A DNA stretch of 11,596 nucleotides from a candidate division FCPU426 bacterium (GTDB lineage Bacteria > Oederibacteriota > Muellerivitia > Muellerivitales > Muellerivitaceae). Where the stretch lies: positions 1 through 11,596 of the forward strand of contig CAWKAR010000062.1 in the NCBI GenBank assembly GCA_963847625.1. The letters run 5' to 3'. Shown piece by piece: positions 1 to 8,664 of the stretch; within the stretch, counting starts at the first letter, position 1; every line of letters starts with the position of its first letter. Both the position numbers and the translations under genes were made by a program. The notes under the pieces were generated by a model. The model was not told where the DNA came from, did no database searches, and saw nothing but the letters and a program-made list of their open reading frames with translations.

Positions 1-1304
1 CTTTCCACCAAGAACGACCGCACATGGATCAGGAAAACGGGAATGACGAAGAGAAAAGCCGTTGCAACCTGGGAAACGTCCCTCCATCCCCACCAAAAGT
101 GCCCCAGGTTCCCGATGAAAGAAACACCTTCCCCAACACTTCTTGCCCTGAAAAACACCCAAGCCGTTAAAACCCCCGATTGGGCGGCAATAAACCATAA
201 AAATTTGATCCAGGGAGATCGTGTGACGCCTTTTCGGTTAATCCCCAATAGCCTTTCCAGGGCTAAAAACAAACCATGAAGGCCCCCCCAAATCAGGAAG
301 GTGAAAGCCGCCCCGTGCCAGAGGCCGGCCAAAAGGAACGTGATTAAAACCGTCCGGTAAGGCCGAATGCCCTCTCCCCGGTTACCGCCGAGTGGAATAT
401 ATAGGTAATCCCTGATCCAGCGGGAAAGGCTGATATGCCAGCGGGTCCAGAATTCCCTGAAGGAAGCCGCGATATAAGGGCTGTTGAAGTTCACCGGCAA
501 ACGGAAACCAAGCAAATAGGCCGTTCCCCTGGCGATGTTGGTGTAGCCATAAATATCCGCGAAAATTTGGCAGGAAAAAAGTAAAGCCAATGAAAGCGGA
601 ACTACCGTCGGCATATTGTCCGACGCACCACGGGACCAATATTGGTTCACGTAGCCAGCCAGGTTGTCGGCGACAACCATTTTTAGAAAATATCCGTAAA
701 TGATCAGGTAAAGCCCTTGAAGAATGACACTTAGGCGCATTTTCCTTTTCCGCTCGAATTGGTACATCAATTCGCTGGCACGGACGATCGGGCCTGAAAC
801 AAGATGGGTGAAAAAACCCACGAATAATAGGAAACGGCCGTAACTCGGGGCTGGCTGGATCCGCCCCCGATAAAGGTCAATGGTATAGCTCATGCTTTGA
901 AAGGTGAAAAACGATATGCCGATGGGAAGAACGAGATTCAGATTTGGAAGCCGAACGGCGTTCGGATAAAAAAATTCCAAAATTGCCTCAAAGCTATCCA
1001 CCATGAAATCGGAGTATTTGAAGAACGCGAGGAGGCCGAGATTTGCCGTTAAAGAAAGCGTTAAAAATAATTTTTTCCTGTAAAGGGACGTCGCTTGGAA
1101 TATCTTCTTTCCGGCGTAGTAGTCCACGAGGGTGGTAAATAGCAGAAGGAGGAGGTAGGGGGGATAAAAAGAAGCGTAAAAAACAAGGCTCAATATTAAA
1201 AGCGAAGCCAAGTAGGCTTTTTCGACCTTGGTTGGCCCGATCCAAACCCTGCAAACCAAGGCAAAAGCGAATAAAAGAACGAATGAAAAGGAAACAAAAC
1301 TCAT
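1..1304 (-). CDS. MBOAT family O-acyltransferase (AlgI/DltB/PatA-like), 3' end beyond the window
   Basis: Manual translation from ATG at 1304 (MSFVSFSFVLLFAF...) stays open for 434 codons to the window edge. It contains LAFFKY, LPIGISFFTFQSMSYTIDLYRG, GPIVRA, KMVVADNL, LPVNFNSPY, EFWTRWHISLSRWIRDYLYIPLGGNR and GLWHGAAFTFLIWGGLHG (catalytic His). It is probably absent from the ORF track because no stop lies in the window. Confidence 0.95.
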   Translation of the reverse strand, partial: MSFVSFSFVLLFAFALVCRVWIGPTKVEKAYLASLLILSLVFYASFYPPYLLLLLFTTLVDYYAGKKIFQATSLYRKKLFLTLSLTANLGLLAFFKYSDFMVDSFEAILEFFYPNAVRLPNLNLVLPIGISFFTFQSMSYTIDLYRGRIQPAPSYGRFLLFVGFFTHLVSGPIVRASELMYQFERKRKMRLSVILQGLYLIIYGYFLKMVVADNLAGYVNQYWSRGASDNMPTVVPLSLALLFSCQIFADIYGYTNIARGTAYLLGFRLPVNFNSPYIAASFREFWTRWHISLSRWIRDYLYIPLGGNRGEGIRPYRTVLITFLLAGLWHGAAFTFLIWGGLHGLFLALERLLGINRKGVTRSPWIKFLWFIAAQSGVLTAWVFFRARSVGEGVSFIGNLGHFWWGWRDVSQVATAFLFVIPVFLIHVRSFLVE

Positions 1305-1353
1305 TTAGGAAGCTTTCTTTTTCCCATCCTTCGGAAAAAAATCATCTCAGTCC

Positions 1354-2781
1354 TTATTTCTTGGGCAACAACCTGTATTGGCCCCCTTGCACGTCTTCAA
1401 CGACAAAACCCATGTTGAGTATCTTGTTGCGGATTTCATCGGCTTCCTTGAACTTTTTTTCCTTTTTCATTTGAACCCTTTCACGAGCCAATTCTTCCAC
1501 CTCATTCGAAACGGAGGTTGATTTGGCCGAGACGATCCCCAATAGTCCTCCCAGTCGGTTTAAACGGTCCGCGGCTTCTCCCAGGAGACTTTTTGCTCCG
1601 GCAGTCATGTTGGCCGATTGGCTCAAGACCCGGCGGGATTCCCGGGCCAAGTCGAACAAGGCCGCCAGGGCGCGTGGCGTGTTGAAATCGTCATCCATGG
1701 CTTCCTTGAATTTTCCCTCAACCTCATCCACACCCAAGCGAAGGGCCAGGAGATCTTGTTGCCCTGTGCCGTCCGGGCCGTTTAAGGCCTCCTCGATCCG
1801 CTGGAAAGTCAGGTTGAATTCATCCAAACCCTTACCGCATGCCTCAAGGATTTCCTTGCTGAAATTCAATCCGCTTCGGTAATGCGCGCTCAGGAAAAAG
1901 TAACGGAGAATTTCCGGTTGATACTGGGCCAAGGCGTCCTTGGCTTTCCAGATATTTCCCAAGGACTTGCTCATCTTCTGGCCTGAAATCTCGATAAATC
2001 CGTTGTGAAGCCAGTATTTCACGAAGGGTTTCCCGGTTAAAGCCTCGCATTGGGCGATCTCGTTCTCGTGGTGGGGAAAAATCAGGTCTATCCCTCCGCC
2101 GTGAATATCGATTGAATCCCCAAGGTGCTTGCGGACCATGGCGGAACACTCGATATGCCAGCCGGGCCTTCCCTTGCCCCAAGGTGAATCCCATTGGGGT
2201 TCCCCGGGTTTAGAGGCTTTCCAAAGGGCGAAATCCGTGGGGTTTCTCTTGTTCTCGTTCTTCTCCACCCGGGCTCCTTCCATGATTTCCTCCAGGTTCT
2301 TGCCGGAAAGCCCGCCATAAGCCATGAAGGTGGTGGAATCAAACATCACGTCCTGGCCCAGGTCCGTGGAAGGGACTGTGTAGGCATTTCCTTTTTCAAT
2401 CAAGGCCGATACCAGGCCGATCATTTCCTTCATGTGTTCTGTGGCCTTGGGATGGATGTCGGCTTTCTGGATTCCCAATTTTTCCATTACCACCAAAAAA
2501 GCCTGGGTGTAGGTTTCAGCCACTTCCCTATAGTCCCTCTTTTCCTCAAGGGCCTTCTTGATTATTCTGTCGTCGATATCAGTGATATTCATGACATAGG
2601 TGACTTTGTATCCAGAAAAAAGAAGGTATTTTCGGATCACATCGAAATTCACCGCCGAGCGCGCGTTTCCGATATGGATATCGCCATAGACGGTTGGTCC
2701 ACAGACATACATCCGGACTTGGGGTGGGTTAATGGGCTCGAAAGTTTCTTTTTCGCCCGATAAGGTGTTAGTGATTTTCAA
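1354..2781 (-). CDS. cysS: Cysteine--tRNA ligase
   Basis: MYVCGPTVY, HIGN (HIGH motif), NITDIDD, DFALWK, GRPGWHIECSAM, DIHGGGIDLIFPHHENE, KMSKSLGN, DDFNTP and ADEIR. TTG start preceded by GAGGT. Confidence 0.98.
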   Translation of the reverse strand: MKITNTLSGEKETFEPINPPQVRMYVCGPTVYGDIHIGNARSAVNFDVIRKYLLFSGYKVTYVMNITDIDDRIIKKALEEKRDYREVAETYTQAFLVVMEKLGIQKADIHPKATEHMKEMIGLVSALIEKGNAYTVPSTDLGQDVMFDSTTFMAYGGLSGKNLEEIMEGARVEKNENKRNPTDFALWKASKPGEPQWDSPWGKGRPGWHIECSAMVRKHLGDSIDIHGGGIDLIFPHHENEIAQCEALTGKPFVKYWLHNGFIEISGQKMSKSLGNIWKAKDALAQYQPEILRYFFLSAHYRSGLNFSKEILEACGKGLDEFNLTFQRIEEALNGPDGTGQQDLLALRLGVDEVEGKFKEAMDDDFNTPRALAALFDLARESRRVLSQSANMTAGAKSLLGEAADRLNRLGGLLGIVSAKSTSVSNEVEELARERVQMKKEKKFKEADEIRNKILNMGFVVEDVQGGQYRLLPKK

Positions 2782-2904
2782 CTTTCAAACCTCATAAATG
2801 AACTAGCGCACGACGGATTTTCACAAGGAAAGACTAATATTTTGTCACAACGATGCAAAAAGAATTATATATTTTCTCTAATTTCACTTACTTCTATTGA
2901 ATAA

Positions 2905-3540
2905 TTATTTGGATTTCTTTTTGAAGCGGGGAGCGTAGGAACCGGAATAGCGGGCCAGTTCCCTTTCCAGGTGTTCCAGGCGCCGCATGACTGGATCCGG
3001 AAGGTGCGCATGGTCGAGTTCGTCCACGTCGCTTACTCGTTTGCCCCGGAGCGTGACTATCCGGGCCGGCACCCCGACCGCCGTGGAATGGGGAGGCACG
3101 TCCGTAACGACAACCGCGTTGGCCCCAATCTTGGAATGCTCTCCGATAGTGATGTTTCCAAGCACCTTGGCTCCCGCGGCCACCACCACATGGTCCTTGA
3201 GGGTGGGATGCCTTTTGCCTTTTTCCTTGCCGGTTCCTCCCAAGGTCACGCCTTGGAAAAGGGTCACGTTGTCCCCGATCTCGCTGGTCTCGCCGATGAC
3301 CGTGCCCATGCCATGGTCGATGAAGAAGTTCTCGCCGATCTTGGCCCCCGGGTGGATTTCAATGCCGGTGAATAACCTTGAAATCTGGGAAATCAGGCGT
3401 GGGATAATGGGTATTCCAATCCCCCACAAGGCACGCGCGATCCGATGCAAAAAAAGGGCATAGATGATTGGGTAGAGGGGTAGTTCCCACCACCTTGCCG
3501 CCGGGTCCCGTTCTAAAACGGATTTAATGTAATTAAACAT
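2905..3540 (-). CDS. cysE: Serine O-acetyltransferase
   Basis: [43 protein letters not shown], hexapeptide repeats and C-terminal LDH..LPDP. Lies between gltX and cysS. Confidence 0.96.
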   Translation of the reverse strand: MFNYIKSVLERDPAARWWELPLYPIIYALFLHRIARALWGIGIPIIPRLISQISRLFTGIEIHPGAKIGENFFIDHGMGTVIGETSEIGDNVTLFQGVTLGGTGKEKGKRHPTLKDHVVVAAGAKVLGNITIGEHSKIGANAVVVTDVPPHSTAVGVPARIVTLRGKRVSDVDELDHAHLPDPVMRRLEHLERELARYSGSYAPRFKKKSK

Positions 3541-3650
3541 TTTTAATCTCTATTATTTTATTTTGGAATCTTAATAACATTGCTTAGCGAAAAGCCTGGG
3601 CCATTTAGTTTACGATTATTTCCATCCGAATATACACAACCTTTTAACAC

Positions 3651-5114
3651 TTACTTTTTTATTTCATCCGTTGTCCAAATAGCCAACCGCTTCATCACCT
3701 CAGACTTGCCCAGCAAGGGCCCTATTTTCACGAGTTCCGGGCCGTCTTCCCGGCCGGTGATGGCCAACCGCAAGGGGTGATATAGGGCCCTTCCCTTTAA
3801 ATTTACCTGTTTACCGGCTTCTTTAACGACTTTAAGGAAATTTTCGCCGGTGAACTCGCCGTCAAAACCCTCAAACGCCTTTTGAAAAGCCCCTAAAAGG
3901 GGCTTCTGGGCCAGCATTTCCTGGGTTTGGTTCGGTTCAAAATGGAATTCATCCGAAAAGAAATAAAAGGTCTCCTTGACGATGTCCGAAAAACATCCCA
4001 AATTGGTCCGGACCGTATCCACCATTCCCTTCAACCAATCGAATTTTTCCCTGGCTTGCTCCTGGGTCAAATACCGGGCGTCAATGAGGAAAGGCAAGAC
4101 TGATCGTGTTAAATCTTCCAGCGAATACTTTTTTTCCGAAAGATACTGGCTTCCCATCCAGTGCAGTTTCACCGGGTCGAAAATCGCCCCGCTCTTGCCT
4201 ACATGGGTCAAATCAAATTCGGCCGCCATTTGCCCCAGGGAAAGAATTTCCCCGCTTTTCGGCGCCCATCCAAGCAGGGCCAGATAGTTCAGGAATGCCT
4301 CGGGCAGGTAGCCTTTGGCCTTATAGCTTTCCACGCTGGTCTCCCCGTGCCGTTTGGAGAGTTTCTGGCCGTCCGGTCCCTTGATGATGGAGAGGTGGGC
4401 GAACTTCGGGGGCTGTAAACCGAGGGCCTGGTATAAAAGGATTTGTTTTGGGGTATTGGAAAGATGGTCCTCGCCCCGGATCACATGGGTGACTTTCATC
4501 AAAGCGTCATCCACCACCACGGTGAAATTATAAGTGGGGCTCCCGTCGGAGCGGGTTAACACAAAATCACCGATCTGGTCGTCTGGAAACCGCACTTCTC
4601 CCCTGACCTCGTCATGCACCAATATCTCGCCCGGCGGGACGATAAACCGCAACACCGAGGGTTTGCCCCCGGCATCCAGTTTCTTTCGTTCTTCAGCATT
4701 TAATGCCTTGCACTTGCCGCCGTACTTAGGCATGTGGCCCCGGCCCAATTGGCGCTTGCGCTCAAGTTCCAACTCCTCCCCGGAGCAATAGCAGGGGTAT
4801 ACCAATCCTTTGGCTTTTAGGCGCTTCAAATGTTCCAGATAGATCGAGGTCCGCTCGGATTGCTTGTAAGGTGCGTAAGGCCCCCCTACTCTTGGACCCT
4901 CGTCCCACTTTAGGCCCAGCCAAGTCATGATATCCATCAGCTCATCGCAGTATTCCTCTGTCGAGCGTTCCTTATCAGTGTCCTCGACCCGCAGAATGAA
5001 AACTCCACCGGTATTCCGGGCATAAAGCCAGTTATAGAGGGCTGTGCGCACGTTTCCAAGATGCAGGTCACCCGTGGGGCTTGGAGCGAACCGCACTCTC
5101 ACTTTTTCTGGCAT
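3651..5114 (-). CDS. gltX: Glutamate--tRNA ligase
   Basis: VRFAPSPTG, HLGN, LRVEDTD, Zn knuckle CYC...YGGKC, THVIRGEDHLSNT, KLSKR and anticodon domain PLRLAITG...GPEL. Full length at 487 aa. Confidence 0.98.
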   Translation of the reverse strand: MPEKVRVRFAPSPTGDLHLGNVRTALYNWLYARNTGGVFILRVEDTDKERSTEEYCDELMDIMTWLGLKWDEGPRVGGPYAPYKQSERTSIYLEHLKRLKAKGLVYPCYCSGEELELERKRQLGRGHMPKYGGKCKALNAEERKKLDAGGKPSVLRFIVPPGEILVHDEVRGEVRFPDDQIGDFVLTRSDGSPTYNFTVVVDDALMKVTHVIRGEDHLSNTPKQILLYQALGLQPPKFAHLSIIKGPDGQKLSKRHGETSVESYKAKGYLPEAFLNYLALLGWAPKSGEILSLGQMAAEFDLTHVGKSGAIFDPVKLHWMGSQYLSEKKYSLEDLTRSVLPFLIDARYLTQEQAREKFDWLKGMVDTVRTNLGCFSDIVKETFYFFSDEFHFEPNQTQEMLAQKPLLGAFQKAFEGFDGEFTGENFLKVVKEAGKQVNLKGRALYHPLRLAITGREDGPELVKIGPLLGKSEVMKRLAIWTTDEIKK

Positions 5115-5184
5115 TTTTTATTCCTTATTAACGCTTTATTCTCAGGGCAATGCTTTAAATCCATTTTTAATGGGGATGGATAAT

Positions 5185-5664
5185 TCAAAGCTTTGATAGG
5201 AGAACGACAGCCTGGACCGAAAGGCCTTCTTCGCGGCCCTCGAAACCCATGCCTTCCGTGGTCTTGGCTTTCACATTGACTTCGTCAGCCCCCACATCCA
5301 GGGCCACCCCGATCATTTGGGACATGGAAACCAGGTAGGACGCCAACTTTGGTTTTTGGCAAACAATCGTAGCGTCCACGTTTCCCGCTCTCCAACCTTT
5401 GGCCATAGCCATCTTGGCGCATTCTTTTAGCAGTGCAAGGCTATCCGCGCCTTTCCACTTCGGGTCGCTGTCCGGAAAATAACGGCCGATATTCCCAAGG
5501 GCCGCCGCTCCCAGGATGGCGTCGCTGACGGCGTGGCATAGGGCATCCGCGTCCGAATGGCCTAAAAGGCCTTTCTCATGGGGAACGGTCACCCCGCCCA
5601 AGATAAGAGGCCTTCCTTCCGCGAATTTGTGAGCGTCATAACCTATGCCGATCCGGTATTCCAT
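5185..5664 (-). CDS. ispF: 2-C-methyl-D-erythritol 2,4-cyclodiphosphate synthase
   Basis: RIGIGYDAH, LILGGV, GHSDADALCHA, NVDATI, PKL and VNVKAKTTEGMGFEGREEG. The ATG at 5664 (MEYRIG, preceded by AAGGGA) fits the family N-terminus better than the track's TTG at 5694. Confidence 0.96.
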   Translation of the reverse strand: MEYRIGIGYDAHKFAEGRPLILGGVTVPHEKGLLGHSDADALCHAVSDAILGAAALGNIGRYFPDSDPKWKGADSLALLKECAKMAMAKGWRAGNVDATIVCQKPKLASYLVSMSQMIGVALDVGADEVNVKAKTTEGMGFEGREEGLSVQAVVLLSKL

Positions 5665-5725
5665 CTTTTTTCCCTTGGGAGAAGTGTTATCCAACAGGCT
5701 GGCTTTAATTCATATTAGCGGATTC

Positions 5726-6442
5726 TTATCGTCCCTCAGCACCGCGCCAAATAAAATCCTTCACGCGGTAATAGTCCTCGATATTGGTCACTTTGAAATT
5801 GAACTGGTCCCCTTCCACTGTCTTCACCTTGAAACCCGCCGCTTCCACCACCGAGGCGTCATCGGTCATCCCGGAAGCCCTGGAGCCCAGTTTTTTAAAA
5901 GCCCTTTGGAGGATAGCCAATTTGAAGCCCTGGGGTGTTTGGACCGCCCGGATATGGGACCGGTCGAGGGTTCGAACGACTTTTTCCCCCGAGATGACCT
6001 TCAAGGTGTCCTTGACTGGGATCACGGGTATGGCGGCGCCGTAATGCAAAGCGTTATTCAAGACCCGCTTGATCACTTCGGGTGAGATGAGGGGCCTGGC
6101 CGCGTCGTGCACCAGGACGCATTTCACGCCGGTTGGAATGACGGAAAGGCCCTCCCGAACCGAGTCCTCCCGTTCATTCCCGCCTTTGGTCACGATGCCC
6201 GATAAATGGTAGCGGTAGATGGCCTGGAGGGCCCTTTCCAAGTAATTTTCACGAGTGGCGATAATGACGTAGGCCAAACCCGGAACCCGGCTGAAGGACT
6301 CCAGACAAAGGTCCAGAAGGGTCCTTCGGTGGTCCACGAAAAGAAAAGGCTTGGGGTCCCGGCCTTTCAATCGCCTGGACTGGCCGGCCGCCACGATAAT
6401 AACCGCCCAGGGAACTATTTTTTTGGATTTTCGGCGTTTCAT
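5726..6442 (-). CDS. ispD: 2-C-methyl-D-erythritol 4-phosphate cytidylyltransferase
   Basis: IIVAAGQSRR, PK, GGNEREDSV, LVHDAARP, VKDTLK, VQTPQGF, TDDASVVE and NFKVT..ED. Directly upstream of ispF. Confidence 0.94.
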   Translation of the reverse strand: MKRRKSKKIVPWAVIIVAAGQSRRLKGRDPKPFLFVDHRRTLLDLCLESFSRVPGLAYVIIATRENYLERALQAIYRYHLSGIVTKGGNEREDSVREGLSVIPTGVKCVLVHDAARPLISPEVIKRVLNNALHYGAAIPVIPVKDTLKVISGEKVVRTLDRSHIRAVQTPQGFKLAILQRAFKKLGSRASGMTDDASVVEAAGFKVKTVEGDQFNFKVTNIEDYYRVKDFIWRGAEGR

Positions 6443-6489
6443 GGTAGCAGTCTAACAAAATGGGCGTGATGTTTCCAGGTAAGCTGAAG

Positions 6490-7170
6490 TTAAACCCTTT
6501 TCAGCCGTGTTTGAACATTCAAACTGGTTAATTCCCGGAGGGCATCCCGGGCGATCCACCGGGCGGAGGCGGATTTTATCCCCGCGATGAACCCGGCTTC
6601 CCGGCACGCGGCACGGTTCAGAAAAAGATTCCTCTTGCCGATTTGCCGAAGGGCCCAGTTGACGGCTTTCTTTACAAAATTCCTTTCGTCCTTGGCTTCC
6701 CGGCGAATAACGGGGAAAAAACTCAAAAAAAGCCGGTCCTTTGCCTTTTTATCATGCACCGCTAAGCCGGCCATCAATACGAACCCCGCGCGTTTTTCAA
6801 ATTCGTTCTTTCGCCGGCTCCATTGAAATATCTTCCGGACGGCCCACCGGGTTTGGTCGAACAAGTGGCCGCAACAACAGTCGCAGATATCCCAGGAATC
6901 GAAATCCTTGACCCATTTTTCCATTTGGGAAGGCCCGACCAGCCCGGGGTCATCCACCAATGAAGCCAGAATCCTGGCTTCATGAATTCCGGAATCCCAA
7001 AACTTCAACGCCAGTTCATGGTTTTTGCCGATACCACGGGCCATTTTGTCCAACAAGGGTTTCGGAACCCCCAGGATGTTCTTTCCCCGGATTCCAAATC
7101 GGGCCATACCGTCGATATTTCTCCGGTTCCTGAGGAATCTTAATTTTCGAATGATCTGGTTGCAGGTCAT
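6490..7170 (-). CDS. DNA alkylation repair protein (AlkD-like HEAT-like-repeat family)
   Basis: GMARFGI, WDSGIHEARILA, FDSWDICD, EFEKRAGF and DERNFVKKAVNWALRQIGKRN resemble AlkD-family motifs. Length 226 aa. Confidence 0.85.
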   Translation of the reverse strand: MTCNQIIRKLRFLRNRRNIDGMARFGIRGKNILGVPKPLLDKMARGIGKNHELALKFWDSGIHEARILASLVDDPGLVGPSQMEKWVKDFDSWDICDCCCGHLFDQTRWAVRKIFQWSRRKNEFEKRAGFVLMAGLAVHDKKAKDRLFLSFFPVIRREAKDERNFVKKAVNWALRQIGKRNLFLNRAACREAGFIAGIKSASARWIARDALRELTSLNVQTRLKRV

Positions 7171-7192
7171 CTCTTATGGTTTCCCAAGATTT

Positions 7193-8653
7193 TCAAAATT
7201 TCTTAGGCTGAGAAGTTGTCTTTTTTAACAGAACCCAATCCGGATCTTCAAAAACACTCGTGTAACCATGATTCAACATTTGGCGGACGCAATCCTGGAT
7301 CGGCCCATAATTCTCGGAGGGCCATGAGTTGAGTTTCCGGCAGGCGACCAAGTAATCGCAGTCCGTGGAACAATTTCCCCCATCCAACAGATATATTTCC
7401 CTCCTGTGGGAAAGATGGGGAATAATCGTATCCTGGGCGATGACTTTGGCGTCGGCGGGAATGAGGGCCAGAGCTTGATAACCCTCCTTGACCCAAGGTT
7501 GATGCCGATAGAATTTTGCCCGCATAAGATCCCGCAGTGGAAAAATCGGAACCGAGACTAAGCCCAAGACCAATACCATCGCGGAAACGGCTCTGACTAA
7601 CTTCTTCTTTGCCGCAAGCCCCCTATTGCGGGACAACCGGAAAATTCCGTCCAAGCCTCCCATGAAAAGGATGGGAGCCAGGGTCACGGAATAGTAATAC
7701 CCCATGGACCAGTGGTGCTCATAGTTGGAGAGCATCCTCTCAAGAAAAATCGGGAACGTCAAAACAAGCAGGGGGGAAAAGAAAATCATTCCGCAACAAG
7801 CCAGATAGGAACAGGCCATCGTCATGATTTTCTCGGTATTAGAGAAACATAATTTCACGACCAGGAGCGGATGAGACAGCACCGTTTGGACGTATTCCCA
7901 ATTGGAATTCCCTAGATGGGAGAAAAAAGTCTTGGGATAGCGGGTGGTTTGCCCCAGGTAAGGCAGAAGGAACATGACCGTGATAAAAAACCCGGCCATT
8001 CCAAGCGCCATGCAGGCGGCCCCCTTTTTCCACTGGCGCAGGAACAAGAGATAAACCCCAAAAAAGAACAGGAGGAGACCCATGTCCTCCTTTTCCAGCA
8101 AGCAAAGGCCAAGGCAGATGAAAGCGCCCGTCCATTTCCGCCGGTCGATGAACTCGATCGCGAAGGCGATGAATGCGGCCGCAAAAAGGTCCGGGTGGAA
8201 ATCCGCCGCGATGGCGGATTGGAAACCCCAGAAAACAACGTAAGCGGCTGTCCACAGGTAAGCCGGTAAGCGTCCCAGCCTCCTTTTCGCGAACATGAAA
8301 ACAGGAACAGCGCTCAAGGCGGCCAGGAAGGGCTGGATCACCAGCAATAATCCCGCGCCCGGAAACACCCAATAAAGCGGCGCGATCAACGCCAGGATCG
8401 GGTCAAAATGGTCGCCGAAGGCGTTGGCTGGTCCCATCAAGCTGCTGAAAGGGGTCCGGCCTTGGCTGATATTCCAAATGATCTGGTCGTAAAACCCGAG
8501 GTCAATGCCAGCCGTTTGAAAACGGTAGTGGCGGAACAGCGCCAAAAAGGAATAAACGAATAGGACAAGGCCTGACAGCCAGATTAAGGGGCGTTCGCGG
8601 GAAAGGGTTGAAAAAAAACCTGGCTCTTCAAGTTTATTCGGATCCGAATCCAA
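7193..8653 (-). CDS. Polytopic membrane protein, DUF2079-like (probable GT-C fold glycosyltransferase)
   Basis: N-terminal TM followed by DLGFYDQIIW...GDHFDP, then DFHP, KED, YYS and IPHLSHR, with many hydrophobic segments. TTG start preceded by AAAGGA just after the radA stop. Confidence 0.75.
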   Translation of the reverse strand: MDSDPNKLEEPGFFSTLSRERPLIWLSGLVLFVYSFLALFRHYRFQTAGIDLGFYDQIIWNISQGRTPFSSLMGPANAFGDHFDPILALIAPLYWVFPGAGLLLVIQPFLAALSAVPVFMFAKRRLGRLPAYLWTAAYVVFWGFQSAIAADFHPDLFAAAFIAFAIEFIDRRKWTGAFICLGLCLLEKEDMGLLLFFFGVYLLFLRQWKKGAACMALGMAGFFITVMFLLPYLGQTTRYPKTFFSHLGNSNWEYVQTVLSHPLLVVKLCFSNTEKIMTMACSYLACCGMIFFSPLLVLTFPIFLERMLSNYEHHWSMGYYYSVTLAPILFMGGLDGIFRLSRNRGLAAKKKLVRAVSAMVLVLGLVSVPIFPLRDLMRAKFYRHQPWVKEGYQALALIPADAKVIAQDTIIPHLSHRREIYLLDGGNCSTDCDYLVACRKLNSWPSENYGPIQDCVRQMLNHGYTSVFEDPDWVLLKKTTSQPKKF

Positions 8654-8664
8654 TGTTTTCCTTT

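Noticed and set aside
1..1304. Apparent gene-free or fragmented region in the ORF track (possible pseudogene)
   Set aside because: Manual translation gives one continuous MBOAT frame running off the edge. The small listed ORFs are alternative-frame or antisense overlaps.
2864..2892. TATAAT on the minus strand upstream of cysS
   Set aside because: No -35 at 16-18 nt and no extended -10 in an AT-rich context, so it is not called as a promoter.
5159..5181. Small inverted repeats (ATCCAT...ATGGAT, CCATT...AATGG) between ispF and gltX
   Set aside because: Short AT-rich stems with no convincing U tract, too weak to call a terminator.
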